DNA of 64,000 bases, from positions 26,068 through 90,067 of the IMG/VR virus record IMGVR_UViG_3300042888_000931; one strand, 5' to 3'. The notes beneath the pieces were generated by a model that worked only from the letters and a program-made list of their open reading frames with translations, had not been told where the DNA came from and ran no database searches. The translations under genes were made by a program, and so were the position numbers. Below are positions 50,683 through 59,070 of the stretch, piece by piece. Each line of letters begins with the position of its first letter. Positions within the stretch are counted from its first letter, which is position 1. The stretch comes from a virus.

Positions 50683-51437
50683 TTATTCAGATTATTGGTC
50701 TGCCAGGTGCAGGCAAGACAGAGTTAGCCAAGGCACTCAAAGAAAGAATTAACGCTATTCATCTTAATGCAGATGAGGTTCGTGCAACAGTAAATTCAGA
50801 CCTAGGCTTTAGCCCTGAAGACAGAATTGAACAGGCAAGACGTATGGGAGACATGGCTAGGCTTATTTCTAAGCAGGGAGTTGCTCCAGTAATCGTTGAC
50901 TTTGTATGCCCTACCGACTTGACTCGTGCAGCATTTGGCAAGCCAGATATTTTAATTTGGGTAGACAGAATTGAGTCTGGAAGATTTGAAGATACAAATA
51001 AGATGTGGGAAGATCCAGAGTCATGCGATGTCAGAATCCCCTGTGGGATGACCGTAGAAGAAGAGGCTGACCTTATCATTGCTGCTTGCCAGTTACACGA
51101 TTGGACAGCCCCTACAACCCTTATGCTGGGCAGATATCAGCCATGGCATGAAGGCCATCATGCTCTCTATAAAGAAGCGGGGAAAAGAACAGAGCAGGTA
51201 CTTCTTGGAGTTCGTAATACCTACAATACAAGTGAGAAAGATCCACTTAAGTTTGATCAGGTAAAAGAATATATTGCCAAGGATGAATTTATGGACGGGG
51301 CATTAGTACTAAGATTACCAAACATAACCAACATTGTATATGGTCGTGATGTAGGTTATAAGATTGAACAAGTAGATTTGGGGGCAGACATTCATGCTAT
51401 ATCGGCTACGCAAAAGCGTAAAGAGATGGGTATCTAA
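50679..51437 (+). CDS. APS-kinase-like domain fused to HxGH nucleotidyltransferase
   Basis: GLPGAGKT, LGFSPEDRIEQARR and DFVCP (CysC-like); GRYQPWHEGH..ISAT (cytidylyltransferase fold). Confidence 0.8.
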   Translation: MIIQIIGLPGAGKTELAKALKERINAIHLNADEVRATVNSDLGFSPEDRIEQARRMGDMARLISKQGVAPVIVDFVCPTDLTRAAFGKPDILIWVDRIESGRFEDTNKMWEDPESCDVRIPCGMTVEEEADLIIAACQLHDWTAPTTLMLGRYQPWHEGHHALYKEAGKRTEQVLLGVRNTYNTSEKDPLKFDQVKEYIAKDEFMDGALVLRLPNITNIVYGRDVGYKIEQVDLGADIHAISATQKRKEMGI

Positions 51438-51485
51438 GGTTTGGAAAGTAATTAGTAAAGGCCCTGACAATATGGAGTGGCCAGC

Positions 51486-51689
51486 ATGAATGTATCCAAA
51501 CAAAGATCAGCACTAAAGGCCATTACATGGCGTATAATTGGAACAGCAGATACATTTGCTATTGCTTGGCTTATAACCAAAGAGCCAGTTACAGCAGGTG
51601 CAATCGCAAGTTTCGAGGTAGTTACAAAAACAATCCTTTATTACTTCCATGAGCGTGGTTGGAATAAGGTTAAATGGGGAAGAAAATAA
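51486..51689 (+). CDS. DUF2061-like small membrane protein
   Basis: RSALKAITWRIIGT...YYFHERGW. Confidence 0.8.
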   Translation: MNVSKQRSALKAITWRIIGTADTFAIAWLITKEPVTAGAIASFEVVTKTILYYFHERGWNKVKWGRK

Positions 51690-53212
51690 TGACTAAGAGT
51701 ATAGTTGTTGTTGGTGGTGGTAGTGCTGGATGGCTTACTGCTTTAACTGCAAAAAAGAAGTACCCTAAAGCAAATGTAACAGTAATAGAATCAAAAGACA
51801 TTGGTATCTTAGGAGCAGGAGAGGGGTCTACCCCATACCTTCCTGCATTCTTGGAGACTTTAGATATAAGTTTTGAGGATTTAGTTAAGAACTGTGACGC
51901 AACTATAAAGAATGGTATTAGGTTTACTAACTGGAATAGCCAAGATGACTTTTACTACCATGGTTTTGCATTCACTGATGAGGCACTTGGAACGGAAACA
52001 TTTTCCTCTAAGTTTTTATCTGCAAGCCCAATGCTTGTATCGAGTGTAGTATTAAATAATGGTGTGAAAGAAGTAGACTTTACAGAAACAATTTCAGAAA
52101 ATAGCAAGGTCCCGTTTGTCCTTGAAAAAAATAAAGAAGGCAAAACCCTTTCAGATTATAAAAAGATAGGACATATTTCTTTTCATTTTAATGCTACAAA
52201 ACTTGCAGCAAGATTTAAAGAGATAGGTGTTGAAAGAGGTATTGAGGTATTTGAAAATACTATAACCAATGTTCATCTAGATCAAGATAATAATGTCACA
52301 AGTTTAGACTTGGACAATGGATCTAAAATCCTGTGCGACTTTGTGTTTGACTGCAGTGGATTCCACAGGCTTATTATTGGAAAAACGTTTAATTCAAAAT
52401 GGAAGAGTTACACAGACTTCTTGCCTACAGACTCTGCTATCCCATTCTTTCTTGACATGACAGAAAAGATTCCACCATACACAGAAGCAATTGCTATGAA
52501 GTATGGATGGATGTGGAAGATTCCTCTGCAGAATAGATTTGGTTGTGGATATGTATACGATTCATCTTTGATATCTGAAGAGGAAGCAATCAAAGAGGTT
52601 GAAGAGTTTCTAGGGTTTGTTCCTCACTACCCAAGAAAAGATAAGGGTGGCTTCAGTTTCAGTCCAGGAGCATTCGAAGAGCCTTGGCAAAACAATTGTA
52701 TAGCAGTAGGTTTGGCAGCAAACTTTGTAGAGCCACTTGAGGCGACATCTTTGTGGGTAAGCATGGTAGAGTTGACAGAAATATTTGCCAGTCCAGACTT
52801 CCTGATCAACAACTGTCCTGAGATCAGAGCAGAGTTTAATAAGATTATTGTAAATATGAATGATGACATTCTTAATTTCATATACTTTCACTATATGTCC
52901 TTAAGAAAAGATACACCGTTCTGGGATAAGTTCTCTTACGAAAATGCACCAGAAGCACTGAAGAAAAAACTAGATGTTTGGCAAAAAAGAATGCCAGGCA
53001 GCAGAGACAACGGGGATCACTGGAACTCTAAGAGTTGGTTCTTAGTTGGTTCAGCACAAGATAAAATAAATAAAGATCTTGCAAAAGAATACATAGAACT
53101 TTCTGATGAGTACAAAAGGGGAATAGATATGTACGACTATCACAAAAGTTATAGGACCTATAAGGTTTCAGAATGTGTAGATCATAGACAATTTTTGGAG
53201 GGATTAAAATGA
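51689..53212 (+). CDS. flavin-dependent halogenase (tryptophan halogenase family)
   Basis: GGGSAG, GAGEGS, ATIKNGI (catalytic Lys), WMWKIPL and FVEPLEATS. Confidence 0.88.
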   Translation: MTKSIVVVGGGSAGWLTALTAKKKYPKANVTVIESKDIGILGAGEGSTPYLPAFLETLDISFEDLVKNCDATIKNGIRFTNWNSQDDFYYHGFAFTDEALGTETFSSKFLSASPMLVSSVVLNNGVKEVDFTETISENSKVPFVLEKNKEGKTLSDYKKIGHISFHFNATKLAARFKEIGVERGIEVFENTITNVHLDQDNNVTSLDLDNGSKILCDFVFDCSGFHRLIIGKTFNSKWKSYTDFLPTDSAIPFFLDMTEKIPPYTEAIAMKYGWMWKIPLQNRFGCGYVYDSSLISEEEAIKEVEEFLGFVPHYPRKDKGGFSFSPGAFEEPWQNNCIAVGLAANFVEPLEATSLWVSMVELTEIFASPDFLINNCPEIRAEFNKIIVNMNDDILNFIYFHYMSLRKDTPFWDKFSYENAPEALKKKLDVWQKRMPGSRDNGDHWNSKSWFLVGSAQDKINKDLAKEYIELSDEYKRGIDMYDYHKSYRTYKVSECVDHRQFLEGLK

Positions 53213-53493
53213 AATTTAGAACAGAATGGATTAATGCTCTAAAGACAATGAGGCATAAATCTTATTGGAACCTACCTAATACGGTAGAGTTCTTTGCATT
53301 TATGACCAAGGCAGCAATCATTATCCCAGGTCTTATTTTTGGTGTTCAGTTTTGGTGGCTATATATATTTGCATTAGTAACTAGCCTATCTTTAATTTGG
53401 TCATCAACAGTTAAAACATTACCAACAATTATTTGGTTTAATATAATCTGGTCAATTCTTGCAGCAACTGCTATAATTAAGTATTGGGTCTAA
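53209..53493 (+). CDS. small multi-TM membrane protein
   Basis: Hydrophobic; coupled to the halogenase. Confidence 0.6.
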   Translation: MKFRTEWINALKTMRHKSYWNLPNTVEFFAFMTKAAIIIPGLIFGVQFWWLYIFALVTSLSLIWSSTVKTLPTIIWFNIIWSILAATAIIKYWV

Positions 53494-53503
53494 GGGGGCA
53501 CAA

Positions 53504-53911
53504 ATGTTTGAATATTATGTAAAGAAAGTAACAAAGGTCGTTGATGGAGACACCATCGATGTCGAAATTGATTTAGGGTTTGATATTTCTTTTAGTTCAA
53601 GAGTCAGACTGGCTGGTATTGATACACCTGAGTCTCGTACAGCAGACAAGGCTGAAAAGGCTTTAGGACTGGAAGCAAAGGCTTATTTGAAGGCTGCTAT
53701 TGACAGTGCTAAGTCTGTAGTGATCAAGACAGAGAAGATGGACTCTTCAGAAAAGTATGGCCGTATTCTTGGTTGGGTTTATCTTGATGGGGATACCGTT
53801 TCAATCAATGACAAGATGATCAATGATGGCCATGCCTGGGGCTATATGGGAGAGACAAAAGTTAAAGACTTTGTTGCACTTGCTAAGGCTAGAAAGAAGT
53901 CTGGTAAGTAA
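53504..53911 (+). CDS. thermonuclease (SNase-like)
   Basis: VVDGDTI, VRLAGIDTPE and KYGRILG. Confidence 0.9.
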   Translation: MFEYYVKKVTKVVDGDTIDVEIDLGFDISFSSRVRLAGIDTPESRTADKAEKALGLEAKAYLKAAIDSAKSVVIKTEKMDSSEKYGRILGWVYLDGDTVSINDKMINDGHAWGYMGETKVKDFVALAKARKKSGK

Positions 53912-54132
53912 TGAACCTAAGAAGCCAAGCAATGGTAGAGCATTTAATTATGCAAGGTGCCATAGAGATGGCTGGGATAGATGAAAAAGGCGAGATGCTT
54001 TATTCAATCACAGACAAACTAGAACTGGTTAATCCAACACTATATGCAGAACTAACAGAACAATATAAGCATCACATATTTCAAATGGTTAAGCAAGGCC
54101 CAAAGGCCATGACCTGGAAAATACGTGTTTAA
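53911..54132 (+). CDS. hypothetical protein
   Basis: Coupled ORF. Confidence 0.55.
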   Translation: MNLRSQAMVEHLIMQGAIEMAGIDEKGEMLYSITDKLELVNPTLYAELTEQYKHHIFQMVKQGPKAMTWKIRV

Positions 54133-54190
54133 ATATATTGACATTTTCAATTTATGACAAAAGTGATACAATGGTTACCTGGGGGTATTT

Positions 54191-54604
54191 ATGAACAACG
54201 TGTACGGAGCATTGGCTTTAACTATTCCCTTATTATTAGTAATAGGATATGTAGTATTCTTTAGAAACAGGACAGTTTATGAGCCTATGATGACTCAGTC
54301 TATGATTCATAATCAGTACTCTGTTAGAAGAAAGCATATTGAAAAAATAAATAGAAAAAGCCAATCAAAAATTCGTCAAGAAAAAGAAAATGTAAGAGTT
54401 ATTATTGTTGAAAATGAAGCGTATTGGATCAAAGACAATACCTTTTATACAGCACCAATGGTAAACAACTTGATCGGAAAAGATTATGCTATGCAAGTTG
54501 ACACGAGCACTATGGATAAGGTACAATTAGACAAGATGTTATTCATATTAGACAAACTAAGAGAAGGGATAAGCAATGATAGTAGGGGTGCAGGGAACGA
54601 CTAG
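54191..54604 (+). CDS. hypothetical protein with N-terminal TM
   Basis: Hydrophobic N-terminus; upstream TGATACAAT. Confidence 0.55.
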   Translation: MNNVYGALALTIPLLLVIGYVVFFRNRTVYEPMMTQSMIHNQYSVRRKHIEKINRKSQSKIRQEKENVRVIIVENEAYWIKDNTFYTAPMVNNLIGKDYAMQVDTSTMDKVQLDKMLFILDKLREGISNDSRGAGND

Positions 54605-54926
54605 TTTCAACAACTACAACATTTTTCTTAGAGCAATGGCAGTTGCATTATCTGAACTAGAAGAAAATGACAAGGAGTTTTACTTGTACACGGCTGGTCC
54701 AGCAAACATTAGTGCAATGGCATCTGAATTTGTCAATCTTTCTGAAAGAGGGATGAAGTCTAGAGGAAAGTCAATCAAGTTATTCAGAGTTACGCCTGAA
54801 TGGATTGAAGAAAACATGAGCAGTTTTAATCATTTTGCTTTTGTTTCTAATCCAAAAGAGCAGGCTTCTCGAATAGTAGGTTTATCAAAATCAAAAAACA
54901 TCAACACAAACGTATACAACTTCTAA
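54576..54926 (+). CDS. hypothetical protein, possibly SLOG/YspA-like
   Basis: MIVGVQGTTSFNNY resembles the xxxGSRxFxDY start of that family. Confidence 0.45.
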   Translation: MIVGVQGTTSFNNYNIFLRAMAVALSELEENDKEFYLYTAGPANISAMASEFVNLSERGMKSRGKSIKLFRVTPEWIEENMSSFNHFAFVSNPKEQASRIVGLSKSKNINTNVYNF

Positions 54927-54938
54927 GGAGTAGACACA

Positions 54939-55151
54939 ATGGTATCAATCAGTTCTCTTGAAAAAATGGAAGCAATTGTTTCCAAAAACAGCAACCTTTC
55001 CTGGGATGGATGGGATGTTGTAGAGATGACAAGGTCAGATAAGGCCTTTACATCAAAGCAAGGAGCATTAAAAGATAATGCTTGGCACTTAAAAAAGATC
55101 TTTGTCGTTTCTAGAACTGGATGGGAAATACCTGACAAGTATGTAAGGTAA
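54939..55151 (+). CDS. hypothetical protein
   Basis: AAGGAG SD; LSWDGWDVV. Confidence 0.6.
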   Translation: MVSISSLEKMEAIVSKNSNLSWDGWDVVEMTRSDKAFTSKQGALKDNAWHLKKIFVVSRTGWEIPDKYVR

Positions 55152-55152
55152 A

Positions 55153-55434
55153 ATGAATAAGTATGAGTGGAAAGATAATGCCTCATGCCTTGACTACGAT
55201 ACAAATGTATTTTTTGACAAGTATGAAGAAGATGAAATCTTAAGACCTGCAGTAGATCTAATATGTTCTAACTGCCCTGTAAGAAAAGAATGTTTTTCTG
55301 TAGGTATCTCTGGAAAAGAGTGGGGAGTTTGGGGTGGAGTCTACTTGGAAAATGGGGAAATATCAAAAGAGTTTTCTAGCCATAAGACAAAGACAGACTG
55401 GGGAATAACATGGCAGTCCCTAACAATGGAGTAA
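55153..55434 (+). CDS. whiB: WhiB-family Fe-S transcription factor
   Basis: C..FF...C..CPV...C and GVWGG. Confidence 0.9.
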   Translation: MNKYEWKDNASCLDYDTNVFFDKYEEDEILRPAVDLICSNCPVRKECFSVGISGKEWGVWGGVYLENGEISKEFSSHKTKTDWGITWQSLTME

Positions 55435-55435
55435 T

Positions 55436-55675
55436 ATGTATACAGATAAAATGAGAAGAGCGTTCAGATCTCTTAGATGTCCTGAAGGATTTTCTTTAGA
55501 GTTAGTAGATAATGACACATTCATAACCGTTAAGGCAAAAGAAAAAGTCTTTATGTCTCTTGAAACAGTTGAAAAGAAAAAGCAGGCTATAGAATATATG
55601 ATCCGTGTAAAAAAGGCTTTGGAAGATAACGGAGCAATAGTTCTTTTGGTTAGAGAGGGTGGCAAAGAACTGTGA
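55436..55675 (+). CDS. hypothetical protein
   Basis: Tightly packed ORF. Confidence 0.6.
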   Translation: MYTDKMRRAFRSLRCPEGFSLELVDNDTFITVKAKEKVFMSLETVEKKKQAIEYMIRVKKALEDNGAIVLLVREGGKEL

Positions 55676-56073
55676 TTGAATTAATTTTTATATGCATCTT
55701 GTCTTCTCTAACTTTGCTTTTCTTGTCTCTTTATATTATACAAAAAAAGGCTAACAAGGTTATTATTCAAAAGACTTTAGAGGCCATGCTAATCCAGCAA
55801 TTAAGCAGCAACACAAACAAAACAGACAAAGATCAGTCCAATGAAGATTTTTTAAAATTTGTTTCAGATTCTCGTGACTGGGCGTACCAATATATAGAAG
55901 AGGTTCAAGAAGGATTAAATAATTTTATTACTGATATTGAGCCTGAGATAGAATACTTCAAAGAGTACGGAGACCTGGGCTCTATGGCACCAAACTATCA
56001 CTCTATGAAAAAAATTGCTGGGGCTTATGAAGAACTAAAGAAACTGCTACCAGAAGACTATGATAGAATATAG
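55672..56073 (+). CDS. hypothetical protein with N-terminal TM
   Basis: FLKFVSDSRDWAYQYIE; GTGA coupling. Confidence 0.6.
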   Translation: MIELIFICILSSLTLLFLSLYIIQKKANKVIIQKTLEAMLIQQLSSNTNKTDKDQSNEDFLKFVSDSRDWAYQYIEEVQEGLNNFITDIEPEIEYFKEYGDLGSMAPNYHSMKKIAGAYEELKKLLPEDYDRI

Positions 56074-56075
56074 TA

Positions 56076-56222
56076 ATGATAACACTAAAGAGCACAAACA
56101 ACATTAATATGTTTATGTGTGAAGAAGAATCCTGCGAAGAAGAGAGCACCCGCATTTGGGCTAGTTCACAAAGCAGAATTGCTGACCTGTGTGATTATCA
56201 TTATAGTAAGGCAACAGAATGA
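56076..56222 (+). CDS. 48-aa Cys/His protein (not in ORF track)
   Basis: C....C...LCDYH; TGATAGAAT upstream; ATGA overlap with next gene. Confidence 0.5.
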   Translation: MITLKSTNNINMFMCEEESCEEESTRIWASSQSRIADLCDYHYSKATE

Positions 56223-57127
56223 AATTTTATTATTTTGGTGGAGTAATGGGTGATACAGAAAACATAAAGTCTCCATCAAACCTAAATAAGAATAACTTCT
56301 CTGGAGTAATGTTTACGCATGATATTCCAGAAGGCGATATGTTTGTTAAAACTGCAAAAGATATAAAGCAGGGTGAAGATATAAAATACTTAGTTGCTAT
56401 TCGTCCATACACAATTTCCCCTCAGTATCTTTCTATGATTAATAGATCAATGGACAAGATAGATAGAGGGAGACTCCAGATCAATTTAATTTCTGGATAT
56501 ATAAAAGACCACGAAGACGGTGTTGGTGGTGTTGTTGGAGATGTCAATGATAACTCCAGTGCTGTTGATAGATCAAACTATATGATAGAGTTTCTTAACG
56601 TATTAAACGATATGAACCAAGATAAGGAGTCTCCAGGATACTGGCGTGACCCAAACCATAAAAACAAACTAGATGTATATGTTTCAACAACTAACAGTTA
56701 TGTGTTTGAAACAGTAAAAAAGTATGGCCATAAAATTATTCTGCCATACCATATCTATGCTCGTGGTGGATGGTCTGATTTCTTAAAAGATTCCTCTATA
56801 TCTATTCCTTTGGAACTAGACGGTATAGAAGTGATGATTGCAATTACTCCCATTCTTAGAAAAACAGAAGAAGAACTTGACCTATTAACAAACCACGTAG
56901 TTCGACCAGTGTGGAGAAAGGGAGAGATCCCGCAGCCCGTTTTAGATGCTGCCTACTTTACATACGAACAGTTTGATGATCTCGTAAAGACTCTTGAAAG
57001 CAGGGGCATAAACCATATGCTTATTAATGCTGTTCCATCTGAAGAAGTAGATGTAATAGTGCCATTTATTAACCAGTATGTAGAATCAAGAAAAGGTTTT
57101 GTTAGTAACAAACTAACAAATGAATAA
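56219..57127 (+). CDS. second LLM-family protein
   Basis: YLVAIRPYTISPQY and RLQINLISG; resembles 48709-49548. Confidence 0.65.
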   Translation: MKFYYFGGVMGDTENIKSPSNLNKNNFSGVMFTHDIPEGDMFVKTAKDIKQGEDIKYLVAIRPYTISPQYLSMINRSMDKIDRGRLQINLISGYIKDHEDGVGGVVGDVNDNSSAVDRSNYMIEFLNVLNDMNQDKESPGYWRDPNHKNKLDVYVSTTNSYVFETVKKYGHKIILPYHIYARGGWSDFLKDSSISIPLELDGIEVMIAITPILRKTEEELDLLTNHVVRPVWRKGEIPQPVLDAAYFTYEQFDDLVKTLESRGINHMLINAVPSEEVDVIVPFINQYVESRKGFVSNKLTNE

Positions 57128-57147
57128 ATATCCTAGGAGGAAAAAAA

Positions 57148-57447
57148 ATGAACCAACAAATCAAAAACGCACTAGCGTCATACGGAAGATCAGTTCTTGG
57201 AGCAGCAACAGCAATGTATGCTTCTGGAGTTACAGATCCCCAGACACTGGCATACTCACTACTTGGAGCACTTGTGCCCGTTGTATTGAGAGCAGCCAAC
57301 CCTAACGATCCTGCATTCGGCAAGATGCCATCTGTAGAAGAGGTAGATAAGGTAGTTAAGTCTGCAAAGGTTGTTAAGAAGACCGCAAAGAAGGCTCCTG
57401 CAAAGAAGTCATCTGGCGGAGGCAAGACAACTAATCAAGTAAAGTAA
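57148..57447 (+). CDS. holin-like small membrane protein with basic tail
   Basis: ASYGRS..LRAANPNDPAFG; KKTAKK tail; AGGAGG SD. Confidence 0.55.
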   Translation: MNQQIKNALASYGRSVLGAATAMYASGVTDPQTLAYSLLGALVPVVLRAANPNDPAFGKMPSVEEVDKVVKSAKVVKKTAKKAPAKKSSGGGKTTNQVK

Positions 57448-57462
57448 TCTTACTATAGACTG

Positions 57463-57494
57463 GCAGGCTTGTTATTTGACAGGCCTGCTTTTCT
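57463..57494 (+). terminator. intrinsic terminator overlapping the hsp20 -35 box
   Basis: GCAGGCTTGTTA-TT-TGACAGGCCTGC then TTTTCT. Confidence 0.7.
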
Positions 57495-57504
57495 ATGTTA
57501 TAAT
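57476..57504 (+). promoter_or_regulatory. consensus promoter for hsp20
   Basis: TTGACA-17 nt-TATAAT with extended TG. Confidence 0.85.
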
Positions 57505-57508
57505 ATTA

Positions 57509-57564
57509 TTACCTGCCCATATGGGGGGTAAATTAACTTATTCGCTTGAAAGGGGAATAATATG
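57509..57564 (+). promoter_or_regulatory. ROSE-like RNA thermometer candidate
   Basis: Two hairpins; UCGCU pairs with the SD in TTATTCGCTT-GAAA-GGGGAATAA. Confidence 0.6.
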
Positions 57565-57966
57565 GTAAAAACAGCACTGGATCTTTTTAATGATCCATTT
57601 TTTAATACCTTCTCAAACTTACAGAAGGTAACAACAACAACAAACTATCCACCTTATAATCAGGTTAAACTAAATGATAAAGAGTATATTCTTTCATTTG
57701 CTTTGGCTGGGTTCTCTAAGGATGATGTCTCAGTATCGCTAGATAATCGCAAACTTACAATCAAGGGCGAGAAGCAGGATGCTGAGTTACCAGAGGGTGC
57801 GGAGTATCTACATAAGGGCATTGCTGCTCGTAAGTTTACTGATATCTTCACTCTTCCTGAGTTTGTCGAAGTTGTTGGGGCTGAATTTAAGGACGGTATC
57901 TTAGATATCAGACTTGAAAAGCAGATCCCAGAAGATAAACTACCAAAAACTATTGAAATTCAATAG
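57562..57966 (+). CDS. small heat shock protein (Hsp20/IbpA-like)
   Basis: NYPPYN, ALAGF, YLHKGIAARKF and GILDIRL. Confidence 0.93.
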   Translation: MVKTALDLFNDPFFNTFSNLQKVTTTTNYPPYNQVKLNDKEYILSFALAGFSKDDVSVSLDNRKLTIKGEKQDAELPEGAEYLHKGIAARKFTDIFTLPEFVEVVGAEFKDGILDIRLEKQIPEDKLPKTIEIQ

Positions 57967-57979
57967 TATAATAGATACT

Positions 57980-58081
57980 ATTCCGTCATGATACATGCAG
58001 TTGCTTATAGCAACCCTATTGCTGAGTACGGATAAGCCAGGGTCGCACCCTGGGAGACCTGAGCAAGTCCATAAACTGCTC
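57980..58081 (+). ncRNA. candidate structured small RNA 1, ending in pseudoknot copy C (58056-58081)
   Basis: TATAAT 57967-72 upstream; stems TCCGT/ACGGA, GTTGCT/AGCAAC, CCAGGGT/ACCCTGG. Confidence 0.6.
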
Positions 58082-58104
58082 CATTACTATGCTACAATAT
58101 AATT

Positions 58105-58188
58105 GTCCCACACAGGACCTTAGTGATGGAGTAGTTACCCATTGGATAGAGACCGTGGCGCAAGTCAGGTGAATTGCCTGTGTGGGGC
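58105..58188 (+). ncRNA. candidate structured small RNA 2
   Basis: TGCTACAAT upstream; 12-bp closing stem GTCCCACACAGG/CCTGTGTGGGGC starts at the predicted TSS. Confidence 0.65.
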
Positions 58189-58215
58189 CTAATATTTTGC
58201 GGTATAATAATAACA

Positions 58216-58482
58216 ATGACTGACAAAGAGTTGGACCATTATAATAAGCAGCAGTATAAGAAGATGCTTGCTAAGATAAAAGAGGATTCTGGCTGTGTAG
58301 ATTGTGGTGTTGGTAACCATATAATCCTAGACTTTGATCACATAAGAGATAAGAAATACAATATTTCAAGAATGATACACGATGGTTTTTCTTGGAAGGC
58401 TATCAAGAAAGAGATTGAAAAGTGTGAGGTGGTTTGTGCTAACTGCCACAGGATCAGGACTCATAACAGGCTTGCAGGTTAG
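58216..58482 (+). CDS. small HNH endonuclease
   Basis: CVDC..DFDH..VCANCHRIRT; TATAAT 58203-08 supports ATG 58216. Confidence 0.85.
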   Translation: MTDKELDHYNKQQYKKMLAKIKEDSGCVDCGVGNHIILDFDHIRDKKYNISRMIHDGFSWKAIKKEIEKCEVVCANCHRIRTHNRLAG

Positions 58483-58499
58483 TATGGTATACTATTAAT

Positions 58500-58940
58500 A
58501 TGTTAAAAGAAGGCGATTTCGCAATGACCTCCCACGGTGGAGAAGGAGATACACACATAGGGCAAGTAGTACATGTTATGTATGAAGGTGCTCTTGGTAA
58601 TCCAGGAACAGAATATTATATGGAAGCAAGTGCAGAAAATCCTGCGGTAATGATTCAATTATTTGAACAAGAAGAAAGCGGATTATGGGAAGCAACAAGA
58701 TTATATACTGCATGTGCAATGTCTATGTATGTACAGATCCCACCACTAATGGTTGAGCCTGAAGATTCAGAAGTTGCTATGGCTATGTATGATGCACAGA
58801 TGGGCAAGGCTGCTCCTTGCTGGGATGGCTATGTACAAAGAGGCATGAAGCCTGGTGCAGATGGAAAGCCAGTTCCAAATTGTATTCCAGTTGCTAAGTC
58901 AGATAGTTGGATTGACTCTCCATTTAAGGTAGCAAAGTAA
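58500..58940 (+). CDS. hypothetical protein with CWDGY..VPNC motif
   Basis: Leaderless promoter TATACT 58488-93. Confidence 0.6.
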   Translation: MLKEGDFAMTSHGGEGDTHIGQVVHVMYEGALGNPGTEYYMEASAENPAVMIQLFEQEESGLWEATRLYTACAMSMYVQIPPLMVEPEDSEVAMAMYDAQMGKAAPCWDGYVQRGMKPGADGKPVPNCIPVAKSDSWIDSPFKVAK

Positions 58941-59068
58941 TGCCAAAGAAAAAAGCAGCAGCGTTTAATCCTATTCAGATTAAAGATGGATGGATTGTTA
59001 GATTATATAAAGATGGTCGTATTAAGTCTAAGATCGCACCTTACGAAGTAAAGCATCCAAAGAAATAA
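58940..59068 (+). CDS. 42-aa basic protein (not in ORF track)
   Basis: MPKKKAAAFNPIQIKDGWIVRLYKDGRIK; TAATG coupling. Confidence 0.55.
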   Translation: MPKKKAAAFNPIQIKDGWIVRLYKDGRIKSKIAPYEVKHPKK

Positions 59069-59070
59069 CT

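Noticed and set aside
51394-51489. 31-aa ORF bridging the kinase fusion and DUF2061
   Set aside because: ATGA coupling is suggestive, but it is too short and about half-overlapped to support without homologs
57980-58188. sRNAs as hammerhead, twister, pistol, SRP RNA or tRNA
   Set aside because: Core motifs (CUGAnGA..GAAA, the full SRP loop, T-loop/cloverleaf) not found by eye; only fragmentary resemblance
58016-58216. 66-aa minus-strand ORF over the sRNA region
   Set aside because: Opposes three plus-strand promoters, has no SD, and the region is better explained by RNA structure
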